64,000 bases of DNA from Candidatus Falkowbacteria bacterium (GTDB taxonomy: Bacteria; Patescibacteriota; Patescibacteriia; Patescibacteriales; WJLG01). The stretch covers positions 133,618-197,617 of the forward strand of contig CAVVFV010000010.1 of the NCBI GenBank assembly GCA_963747695.1, given 5' to 3'. Below the pieces are notes generated by a model that ran no database searches, had not been told where the DNA came from, and saw nothing but the letters and a program-made list of their open reading frames with translations. Position 1 is the stretch's first letter; every line of letters starts with the position of its first letter. A program made the position numbers and the translations under genes. This document shows, piece by piece, positions 54,288 to 61,947 of this stretch.

Positions 54288-55061
54288 TTATTTTTTAGCT
54301 CTGGCAGAGTCTTGCCCTAAGGACTCCGACGAGGCCAATTTTTTAGATTCTTCCCACGTTTTATTAATTTCTTTTTGGCGTAATTTCTTTAATTCCGCGG
54401 AATCGCAATAATCACCGCCAAGCTGATCTTTAAAACGTTTTTCTATTTCTTCCATTCTTATATATAACTTTTCTCTTGCGTAAAGGTGCTCTTGTCCATC
54501 CTCTCTAGATAAATAATTTAATATTTCCATCTCGTGAACAACATCTCCTAATACATCCATGTAGTCAGTCCAGTCTTTAACCACCCTATCAAGCAATGTT
54601 TTATCATGTTTAAAGCGTTCGCTAAGGCGAATAAAGTTTTTTTTACCACAATCAAACGAAGCAATCTCTATTCCGTTTTGTTCACCATCTTTCAAATCCC
54701 TTGTTTTTATTTTATTTAAAAGAAAACTTTCCTTTTGTTCAATTTCGGCTCGTACATCTTCGTTAGCTCCGTCAGAGGCTTCCTCCACAGACCCCGATGA
54801 TATCAAACGCTGCTTAATTTTTCCTTTTTTACCATACACTAGTAATTTATAAATTTTATATGTCAGAAAAGCTGAGCCAAAAGCCCCAATTAAAATTGCT
54901 GCCGAATTTACATCAGAATATACTCTGGCATTTTCCGAAATATGTATTCCAATCATATTTAATACTAAAGTCGTGATCAATGCCACGATAAATTTAATCA
55001 CTTGGTAAAAAATTATTAATGTAAAAAAACCAATTACAAATCCTAAAATTTTTTTTCCCAT
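54288..55061 (-). CDS. Hypothetical membrane-anchored protein (257 aa; two N-terminal TM segments and a charged helical C-terminal domain), AT-rich
   Basis: Hydrophobic segments FVIGFFTLIIFYQVIKFIVALITTLVL and AAILIGAFGSAFLTY. Confidence 0.6.
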   Translation of the reverse strand: MGKKILGFVIGFFTLIIFYQVIKFIVALITTLVLNMIGIHISENARVYSDVNSAAILIGAFGSAFLTYKIYKLLVYGKKGKIKQRLISSGSVEEASDGANEDVRAEIEQKESFLLNKIKTRDLKDGEQNGIEIASFDCGKKNFIRLSERFKHDKTLLDRVVKDWTDYMDVLGDVVHEMEILNYLSREDGQEHLYAREKLYIRMEEIEKRFKDQLGGDYCDSAELKKLRQKEINKTWEESKKLASSESLGQDSARAKK

Positions 55062-55129
55062 AGTTGTTAGTTCAAATTAATTAATTTTGGCTCTGACAGA
55101 GTCTCGCGGCTGCAGACTCTGCCAAGGCT

Positions 55130-55300
55130 GATCTTCACACACCCCGTCCGCGCGGCGCGGCCACCCCTCTCAAGAGGGGAATTTTACTTGTCATTGCGAG
55201 CGCCTCGCGAAGCAGTCTCGCCCTGACTGCGTCTGCTCTTGGGCAGGACATATTAGCCGCGAGGCGCGGGTTTGCTTCGTCGCTAATCGCTCCTCGCATA
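55130..55300. repeat. Composite of a family E element (55130-55186) and a TGTCAT-terminated element of the GCGAGCG type (55189-55300)
   Basis: GATCTTCACACACCCCGTCCGCGCGGCGCGGCCACCCCTCTCAAGAGGGGAA, then TGTCATTGCGAGCGCCTCGCGAAGCAG..CCGCGAGGCGCGGG..CGCTCCTCGCA. Confidence 0.7.
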
Positions 55301-55314
55301 TGTGTTATGTTTTT

Positions 55315-55749
55315 TTATTTCTTCTCAATCTTAATATTTTTTACGACCTGTTCGGTTCCCGCTTCGGAATACTGAATTTTCAAGATGCCGGACTCGGAAA
55401 TGGCCGAGGCTCTGTCGCCGTCCACATGAGCCGGTAACGGAATGGAACGGAAGAATGAGCCGCGGCGGATTTCTTTGCGGTAATAATCTTTATCTTCCAC
55501 CTCGCTTTTCTTTTCGCTTTCGCCCTTGATCGTCAACACATCATTTTCGATGGCGATGGAAACTTTTTCCGGATCGATTCCGGCTAATTGCGTTTCGACA
55601 ATTAAATTACCGCCATCCTCATATATATCCACGGCTGGGACAAAGCCGGCGGAATCGGTGCGGCGCACCATCGGCACGAATTCAGAGAACATCTTGTCCG
55701 TATCATCGAACCCGTCGAAGAACGGACTCCACTTGATTAAATTGCTCAT
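55315..55749 (-). CDS. Hsp20/alpha-crystallin family small heat-shock protein
   Basis: VDIYEDGGNLIVETQLAGI..VSIAIENDVLTIKGE..F.RSIPLP..V....A....GIL.I. Confidence 0.9.
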   Translation of the reverse strand: MSNLIKWSPFFDGFDDTDKMFSEFVPMVRRTDSAGFVPAVDIYEDGGNLIVETQLAGIDPEKVSIAIENDVLTIKGESEKKSEVEDKDYYRKEIRRGSFFRSIPLPAHVDGDRASAISESGILKIQYSEAGTEQVVKNIKIEKK

Positions 55750-55761
55750 ATTTTTTTACAT

Positions 55762-55871
55762 TGTCATTCCGACCGAGCACGCCGCGTGCGAGCGGAGGAA
55801 CCGCTTCGAGTTATTTAAAACTTTAAGGGGTCCTTCGACTGCGGCCGAGGCGGCCTTCGCTCAGGATGACA
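55762..55871. repeat. TGTCAT-terminated palindromic element, family B, filling the grpE-hsp20 spacer
   Basis: TGTCATTCCGACCGAGCACGCCGCGTGCGAGCGGAGGAACCGCTTCGAG..CTTTAAGGGGTCCTTCGACTGCGGCCGAGGCGGCCTTCGCTCAGGATGACA. Confidence 0.85.
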
Positions 55872-55885
55872 AAAAAAATAAATTA

Positions 55886-56401
55886 TTACTCTAGAACTAC
55901 GCGGGCGGCACGGATTACTTTGCCGTTTAATTTATAGCCGGTCATAATCTCTTTCGCGACTTTTTCGCCGGTGCCTTCGACCGCTTCCATTTCGGCCGGA
56001 TTGAATTTCTCGCCGATCGTTTTTATCTCATCAACGCCATTCACGCTCAGTAAATCTTTAAATTGCTTCACGGTATATTCCACGCCCTTCACCCAGGCGC
56101 TGGCCTTTTCAGCTTCCGGCAAAGATATGATGGATAATTTCAAATGATCGTAGACCATCAAAAATTCCGATAGAACTTCCTGATTGGCATATTTCACGAA
56201 TTCATCCTTTTCGATCGATTGCCGTTTGATCAGATTCTGTTCTTCCGCCAGCACGCGCAAATACTTATCATTGGCGTCTTTCAATTCGGTTTCCAAACGC
56301 AGAATTTTTTCATCAGCAGTTTCTTCCTGCGGTGCAATTTCTTCATTATTTTTTCCCTTGTCCTCCGTATCTTTAGCGGAGGAGGATTTTTCTTCTGACA
56401 T
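55886..56401 (-). CDS. grpE: Nucleotide exchange factor GrpE
   Basis: Coiled-coil N-terminus, YLRVLAE.QN..KR, C-terminal beta domain GYKLNGKVIRAARV. Confidence 0.9.
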   Translation of the reverse strand: MSEEKSSSAKDTEDKGKNNEEIAPQEETADEKILRLETELKDANDKYLRVLAEEQNLIKRQSIEKDEFVKYANQEVLSEFLMVYDHLKLSIISLPEAEKASAWVKGVEYTVKQFKDLLSVNGVDEIKTIGEKFNPAEMEAVEGTGEKVAKEIMTGYKLNGKVIRAARVVLE

Positions 56402-56412
56402 ATTTAATCTTC

Positions 56413-56523
56413 TGTCATTCCGACCGAACGCGCCGCGCGTGAGCGGAGGAACCGCTTCGAGTTTTTTAAAAACTTTAAGGGGTCCTTCGACTGCGGCCGC
56501 GGCGGCCTTCGCTCAGGATGACA
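56413..56523. repeat. TGTCAT-terminated palindromic element, family B, filling the hrcA-grpE spacer
   Basis: About 95% identical to 55762-55871 by eye. Confidence 0.85.
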
Positions 56524-56532
56524 AAATAATTT

Positions 56533-57231
56533 TTAACTTTTAACTTTTAACTTATTTAAAATATACTCAACTAGCGACAGATTCCGTTCGTAGTCCATCC
56601 GCATCGGGCCGAGGATGCCGAACAAGCCGGATTGATTGCCGCGTTTGTATTTGGCAAGGATCGCGCCGCAGAAATTGCCGAACGGATTTTCTTCGCCGAT
56701 CATAATTTGCGCTTCGGTGCCGGTCTTTTCAAAAATATTATCGATAATCTCGTCCATCCGGTCGATCACGGCGGATACATTATATACCAAGCCGCTGTTC
56801 AAGAATTCCGGCTGCTGAAAAAGATTGGATAATCCAGTGTAATAAAGATTATTTTTGTGGAAAGCCCAGAACACAGCGGAATCGGTCAGCGCCGCCAAAG
56901 TCTTGGCCGTGTCGCGCATCGCTCCCTCGTCCGAATCACCCAAAGCAATATCTAATTCCTGCAAATCTTTATCTTTGATTTTCTTCGCTTTTTTCTTGCC
57001 GATCACTTCCGCTAAATATAATTTATAGGCGGCTTCGGTGGGAACGCGGCCGGCGGAAGTGTGAGGCTGGCGGATAAATCCTTCCTCTTCCAGTTCCGCC
57101 ATAATATTGCGCACGGTCGCCGAAGAGCAATCCAGTTTATATTTCTCCACCAAATTCGAAGACCCGACCGGTGCGCCGGTCGAAATATGTTCTTTAATGA
57201 TGGCTTCAAGAATTTGTTTTTTCCGATCCAT
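56533..57231 (-). CDS. hrcA: Heat-inducible transcription repressor HrcA (short form, 232 aa)
   Basis: Winged-helix N-terminus ILEAIIKEHISTGAPVGSSNL..SSATVRNIMAELEEEGFI.QPHTSAGRVPT. A CIRCE operator lies upstream. Confidence 0.85.
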   Translation of the reverse strand: MDRKKQILEAIIKEHISTGAPVGSSNLVEKYKLDCSSATVRNIMAELEEEGFIRQPHTSAGRVPTEAAYKLYLAEVIGKKKAKKIKDKDLQELDIALGDSDEGAMRDTAKTLAALTDSAVFWAFHKNNLYYTGLSNLFQQPEFLNSGLVYNVSAVIDRMDEIIDNIFEKTGTEAQIMIGEENPFGNFCGAILAKYKRGNQSGLFGILGPMRMDYERNLSLVEYILNKLKVKS

Positions 57232-57366
57232 AGTTTTTCGCTTCGCTCGGCCGCACTACTGATGCGGCGCATACGAATATTACGTAATGTTGATCTACGA
57301 ATGCATCCAAATCACTAAATTAATGTTCGAGTCATTCAGCTTCGCTCGTAGATTGGAATTATTATC

Positions 57367-57396
57367 ATAATACTTTATTTAGCACTCAGGTGTCAA
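57367..57396 (-). promoter_or_regulatory. Probable hrcA promoter: the -35 TTGACA lies in the CIRCE spacer, followed by an 18-nt spacer and -10 TATTAT
   Basis: Read on the minus strand: TTAGCACTCTTGACACCTGAGTGCTAAATAAAGTATTAT. Confidence 0.45.
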
Positions 57397-57405
57397 GAGT
57401 GCTAA
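57379..57405. promoter_or_regulatory. CIRCE operator (HrcA binding site), a perfect inverted repeat
   Basis: TTAGCACTC-AGGTGTCAA-GAGTGCTAA matches the consensus TTAGCACTC-N9-GAGTGCTAA exactly. Confidence 0.9.
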
Positions 57406-57525
57406 ATAATCAGCAATTAACCATTCCCGCTCTTGACTATTTTAATTTTTTATGCCAAATTATAATCGGTTCGTTTACAATCAATTCTTGTCCGATATTT
57501 TTCAAATCCCAAAAAGGAGAAACGT

Positions 57526-58881
57526 ATGGAAGGTAAATTTTTTAAAGGCTCAGTAAGCGGCTTTCCGCTTCGCGGTAGGCTGATAAATTTCGGCAGCGGC
57601 GACGCCGGCAAAACGCTTTCGGCCGCCACGAAAGTGGCCAAGGGCGCGTTGGTAGTCGGCGGCGGCCTGGCTGTCGCCAGCGGCATTATCAACCTGTTCA
57701 AATTCGGGGGTAGCTTATTAACAGCTGCTTTTGAGTCGTATGAGAGTGAAGAAGAGAAAAAAGAAAGAATCAGAAGGGAAGAAGAAATAGCCAGGGAATT
57801 GGCAAAGCAGCGGAGCAGACAGGCCTTAGAAAAATTCAAAAATGGACTTCCCGAAATGCTGACGATCGATCTCTTGTGCATGGCCAAAACTGAGGACCAA
57901 TTATTTTATGGCATTTGCGCCAGTGATAATCTGGATATCTTTTGTGAACATGAACCGTTTTCAATCCCGATTAAATTAATCAAGTTGATTACCCAGATTG
58001 AAAACCGGGGAACCCTGCTGAATGCGGTCGTCCTGCTTGACGGTTCAACTTTCGTCGTTAACGATTATTTGGACGAATTACCGACTTTGAATTTCTGGAC
58101 TGTCGCCGGACTGCACAAGATTCCTCTTGGTTCAGATCTCCAGTTTGTCAGCGGAATGATGCCCAAAGATAAAGAGCAACTTGCTCAAAACTTGAGAACC
58201 TTCATGGCCCAAAAGGAAGATGATATAATTTCCCTGCTCGGCGAAGAGGGGCTGATGAAAATATTGACCGAATGCGGTATTAACCCGGTGCCAAGGCGAT
58301 TAGCTGGCCTGACTCCGGCCGCCAATTGCGAAAAACAAAAAGCCGAACCGCCGCACGAGGGGGAAAGCCCCGCTACTGCAACAGAAAAAACTCCGCTGGC
58401 GGATTCAGACTCAACTTCCCGCAAAGAAGAAACAGCTGTTCCGGATACCCAGCCCAGCGAACAGCTGAAAAGAGCGGCGATCTATGCCAAGCTGGATGAA
58501 GTCGACCGCCAAAAACTGATGACCAATTTTGAACGGGCGGAAGAAACTGTTCCGTCAGAAAAAGCAATGCTGCTCGAAACGGAGCGACTAATCAAGAAGG
58601 TCAAATTCCATATAAAAGAGCTCGAATTTAGGATTCGCCGGCTGTCCAATGAATTCAAATTTGACCGGAAGACACTCAAATCCAACAAAAATATCGTCAA
58701 GATTTTCAAAAACAACAAGGAGCAATATGAGGAGAACTTGCTCGAACTGGAAACTAACGCCAAAGACCTGCGACTGCAGCTAAGTAAGTGGGCGGAATAT
58801 AAGAAAATAATATTCACCAGCGATGCCGACGGATTAGATTCACTGGGCGAAGAGCTTCGGCGCGCGACTTTGGTGCAATGA
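57526..58881 (+). CDS. Hypothetical protein (451 aa): Gly-rich N-terminal hydrophobic segment, acidic/basic coiled coils, low-complexity linker
   Basis: AAGGAG SD. VVGGGLAVASGIINLF segment; EEEKKERIRREEEIARELAKQR; C-terminal heptad-like region. No family recognised. Confidence 0.65.
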   Translation: MEGKFFKGSVSGFPLRGRLINFGSGDAGKTLSAATKVAKGALVVGGGLAVASGIINLFKFGGSLLTAAFESYESEEEKKERIRREEEIARELAKQRSRQALEKFKNGLPEMLTIDLLCMAKTEDQLFYGICASDNLDIFCEHEPFSIPIKLIKLITQIENRGTLLNAVVLLDGSTFVVNDYLDELPTLNFWTVAGLHKIPLGSDLQFVSGMMPKDKEQLAQNLRTFMAQKEDDIISLLGEEGLMKILTECGINPVPRRLAGLTPAANCEKQKAEPPHEGESPATATEKTPLADSDSTSRKEETAVPDTQPSEQLKRAAIYAKLDEVDRQKLMTNFERAEETVPSEKAMLLETERLIKKVKFHIKELEFRIRRLSNEFKFDRKTLKSNKNIVKIFKNNKEQYEENLLELETNAKDLRLQLSKWAEYKKIIFTSDADGLDSLGEELRRATLVQ

Positions 58882-58939
58882 ATGCCAAAATTCGCCAACG
58901 GTAGTTGTCGGCAAACTTCTCAACCAGTTTTCAATCAGC

Positions 58940-58971
58940 GCGCGTCCATTCCTCTGGACGCGCTTTTTTTA
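58940..58971 (+). terminator. Intrinsic terminator
   Basis: GCGCGTCCA-TTCCTC-TGGACGCGC followed by T7. Confidence 0.75.
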
Positions 58972-58995
58972 GCTTCTTCGAACCATTTTTTCAAC

Positions 58996-59021
58996 AAAAA
59001 AAAGCAACCCAAGGGGGTTGC
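58996..59021 (-). terminator. Intrinsic terminator after the TPR gene
   Basis: On the minus strand: GCAACCC-CCTT-GGGTTGC followed by T8. Confidence 0.7.
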
Positions 59022-59025
59022 AGTT

Positions 59026-59592
59026 CTACTTGGCAGCAAACGCTAAATCGTTGCTGCTGAACATTTGCTTTTGCATCGCATCGTGCAGACAATGGAATGC
59101 CTCGGCCTTGCTGTTCCGCTGAACTTCGGCGACTCGCAGCCGCGCCGCTTTGATCCGTTCAAACGAATCTTTCTCCTCTTTTTTCAAGCCGGCTGCCGTC
59201 CCCAGCGACAATTCATCGAGCAGCGATAGTGCCCGGTCCCAATCACCCAAATTGCTGTAAAGGCCGGATTGAAAGAACATCACGTATCGGCTTTTTTTGC
59301 CCGGTCGGCTTTGACCATTTTCCGGTTCAAAAGCATCGAGCTGCTCAGCGGAATCAGACGGATTGAGCGTTGCATACAGATCGGCGGCATGGTTCAAGAG
59401 AATTTCGGCCGACTTGAGCCATCCCAAGCGCCGACAAGTTTCGCCCAGATAATAATAGACTGTGTGGCTGTTCGGGTTATTTTTCCGCGCCTGGCGAAAA
59501 TGTATTAACGCCTCGTCCAGATTATTTTCTTCCAGACTCAATATTCCAAGATTGCAGCGAGCTTCAAACCCCAGTTTTTTAGCCATAGCCAT
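59026..59592 (-). CDS. TPR-repeat protein (188 aa)
   Basis: Two to three TPR-like units (LDEALIHFRQARKNNPNSHTVYYYLGETCRRLG..). GGAGGATGG SD. Confidence 0.65.
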   Translation of the reverse strand: MAMAKKLGFEARCNLGILSLEENNLDEALIHFRQARKNNPNSHTVYYYLGETCRRLGWLKSAEILLNHAADLYATLNPSDSAEQLDAFEPENGQSRPGKKSRYVMFFQSGLYSNLGDWDRALSLLDELSLGTAAGLKKEEKDSFERIKAARLRVAEVQRNSKAEAFHCLHDAMQKQMFSSNDLAFAAK

Positions 59593-59689
59593 CCTCCTTA
59601 TTATGAAGGAACAAAGCGTCTTCCTGCCTTTAATATTAGGCCGTTGGCTGGCTTTGTCAATCCAAAATTCGGCTAAAATTATCGTGCTC

Positions 59690-59718
59690 TTGACATTTTT
59701 ACTAATTTATGATAAGAT
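59690..59718 (+). promoter_or_regulatory. Sigma-70-like promoter (TTGACA-17-TAAGAT)
   Basis: Read directly; lies 69 nt upstream of ATG 59787. Confidence 0.55.
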
Positions 59719-59786
59719 TCCCTGATTTTAGAAGAACTTTCTAAAATATTAAAAGATCGCTATTTCACAATTAAAAGGGAGGTTTT

Positions 59787-61476
59787 ATGTTCTCTGTCGT
59801 CCTCATCACCGGTTTGTTTCTGGTTGCCGTGTGTTGGTTGGTCCACTTTGTCGCGTGGGTCAACTCAAAAATGCTCGCGCCCGACGGATCAGTCGAGTGG
59901 CTAAAAGTGAACGGCAAGGAAGACCGCGCCCAGATCGCGCTGAAGTTTTACTTCGGCGACAATTTTGGGTGGACGATCAGCGTCCTGCGTTCCGTCTTCC
60001 GCGTCCTGATCAAGGTCGCCGCGACACTCTGGCGTTTCACCGCTCCGGCCATCGTCAGAGCCGCCAAAAAAATTCAGTTGTCGCTTTCCATAGCGCGGCT
60101 GAAAATTTTGAAAGCGCGCGCTGAAAAGAAAGCCAAGGCGGCGCGGAAAATCGTGCCGGTCATTCCCAAAGCGCGGCAGGTCAAAGCTGACAAGAAAAAG
60201 GAATTCGTCCCGATTCGGATCGAAGAACCAAAAACGGAACTGCTCGCAACAGCAAAGCTTGCGGCGGCGGAACCGGTGGCGGAAAAAGACGAGGAGCTGA
60301 CGCTGAAAGAAAAACTGGCGGCGCTCTTTGCCAAATTACTTCCCGCGAAGCCGGTGAAGAAACCCGTGCCGGTGAAAAAACCGACCGATCGGGACTTGCT
60401 TGACCAGTATCATCGCGATGCTGAAAAAACCGTCGACTACCGAACGCAAATGCATTACCTCGAACTCGCCAAAACGCAAATTCCCTTGGACATCTTTATC
60501 AGAATGCCTGGTGGAGCCGAAATTCTGGATAAATATCTGGAAAGTAATCTTTGGGTCAGGCGGCGCTGGGAATCAGTTTGCCAATATTATTTCAGTCTGC
60601 CGTTTGAAGAACTCAATGACGAATCGTGGGTTCGGCATTGGCATTATACGGTCTGCCTGGAATCCATCCTCAAAACCGCCATCGTTCTTCCTTCCGAAGA
60701 AAAACCGGCCGATCCGATAGTCCAGCACTTCCAAACGTCGCTGCCTGAACAACAAAGCGGCGTCACGCTGGCCAATTCGAACGGAGTTTCGTTCGCTACG
60801 CTTTTTGACAAGACGGTGGGCAAAATTGTCCATGAGGATAACGAATCCCTGCCCGCCTTAGTCGAAAAACCGAACACGGAAGCGAATGACGCCTCACGAA
60901 CATCCGCTACGGCAAATCCGCCGGCGGCTGCGACCAAAGAAAAAACTTCCGAACCGGAAATCAAAATCGCCAAAGTCGAGGCGGTCGTCACGGGTAAGGA
61001 AGACAAAGAAAAAGTAAGCGTACTGATCAAACAGGTTGATCGCACGAAGGAAGTCCAAACTCGCCAAACAAATCCGCAATCGGAAGGAGAGAGTATGAAA
61101 TTCTGGGAAGATCTGAAAAATGTGTTGGGCCTGATCCCACGCCTGAAAGGACGGTCAAAGGACGTCAAAAAAGCGCACGACGAGCTGATCGTAGCCGCCC
61201 TTAAAAAACAGGTTGCGGATACGAACAGCGATGTGCTGGTCGCCGACAAAGCCAACATGGAATTGCGCAGAGCAATTTCTCAACGAGAAAAAGAATCTGC
61301 TTCCTTTGGAACAGGAAGTCAGCGAATCATGGTTGTTGCACTACATAGAGCTCGATGAAGCCAAGAAAGCCCACGAGCAAGGCAAAACCATCGAAGAAAT
61401 CAAGCTCAAACTCAGTTCGCCCAAGGATGGCGAACCGGAAACTATGCCCAAAGCGGCTCAAGAACAGCTGGCCTAA
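59787..61476 (+). CDS. Hypothetical membrane-anchored, Lys-rich/coiled-coil protein. The track ORF ends at 61358, but the reading frame appears to shift by +1 near the A5 run at 61288-61292 and continue to 61476
   Basis: GGGAGG SD. N-terminal TM VVLITGLFLVAVCWLVHFVAW. The +1 frame (KKNLLPLEQEVSESWLLHYIELDEAKKAHEQG..) ends 25 nt before a strong terminator. Confidence 0.6.
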
Positions 61477-61500
61477 GGCGAGCAAGCATCAAATGTATCG

Positions 61501-61537
61501 ACCCTGACTGTCTTATTCAGTCGGGGTCTTTTTTTAT
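61501..61537 (+). terminator. Intrinsic terminator
   Basis: ACCCTGACTG-TCTTAT-TCAGTCGGGGT followed by T7. Confidence 0.7.
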
Positions 61538-61637
61538 TCATTATCTAAAAAATATAGCTAAAACCTCTTAATTTTCCCGATAAATTATCTCTAATATTAA
61601 ATGATTTACCGCCATTTTCATCTTTCCCCTAAAACCA

Positions 61638-61667
61638 TTGACTTTTCATGCTATTTTATGCTATACT
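61638..61667 (+). promoter_or_regulatory. Strong sigma-70-like promoter with extended -10 (TTGACT-18-TATACT, TGC immediately upstream of the -10)
   Basis: Read directly. The predicted TSS near 61674 gives a ~270-nt leader for the SPFH gene. Confidence 0.6.
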
Positions 61668-61700
61668 AAAATGATTTGGAATAAGGCAAATTCTGCCAAG

Positions 61701-61863
61701 GGGACTGTCATCGAATGCTCATTTAGTCATAAATTTTCAAATTTTGAGGAAATTTTTTTCAAAAATTTTTGAAGCGATATGACCATATCGTTGAAAAGAT
61801 TTTTGAAAAAATTTACCGAAATTTGAAGATTTAGGGCAAATACGGCATTCGATGACAGTTCCC
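61701..61863 (+). other. About 163-nt imperfect long hairpin (TGTCAT-containing 18-bp outer stem, AT-rich inner stems, apical CGATATG-ACC-ATATCG). Either a structured 5' leader or a MITE-like element
   Basis: GGGACTGTCATCGAATGC pairs with GCATTCGATGACAGTTCCC. TTCAAATTT, AAATTTTTT and CAAAAAT segments pair across the axis near 61783. Confidence 0.6.
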
Positions 61864-61947
61864 GAATCTGAATCAAATGTCCCTTACAATTTTTTGTAAG
61901 TAACATCAAAACAATCCATTCTGAAACCTTAATCAAAGGAGTCCTGT

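Noticed and set aside
49266-57405. Integron gene-cassette array
   Set aside because: The inter-ORF palindromes lack the attC R'/R'' core sites (GTTRRRY / RYYYAAC). No intI integrase or attI is present in the window, and core chaperone genes are part of the array.
60644-61258. 204-aa minus-strand ORF
   Set aside because: It is antisense to the 59787-61476 gene and Ser/Phe-rich. It has no SD and no independent promoter or terminator.
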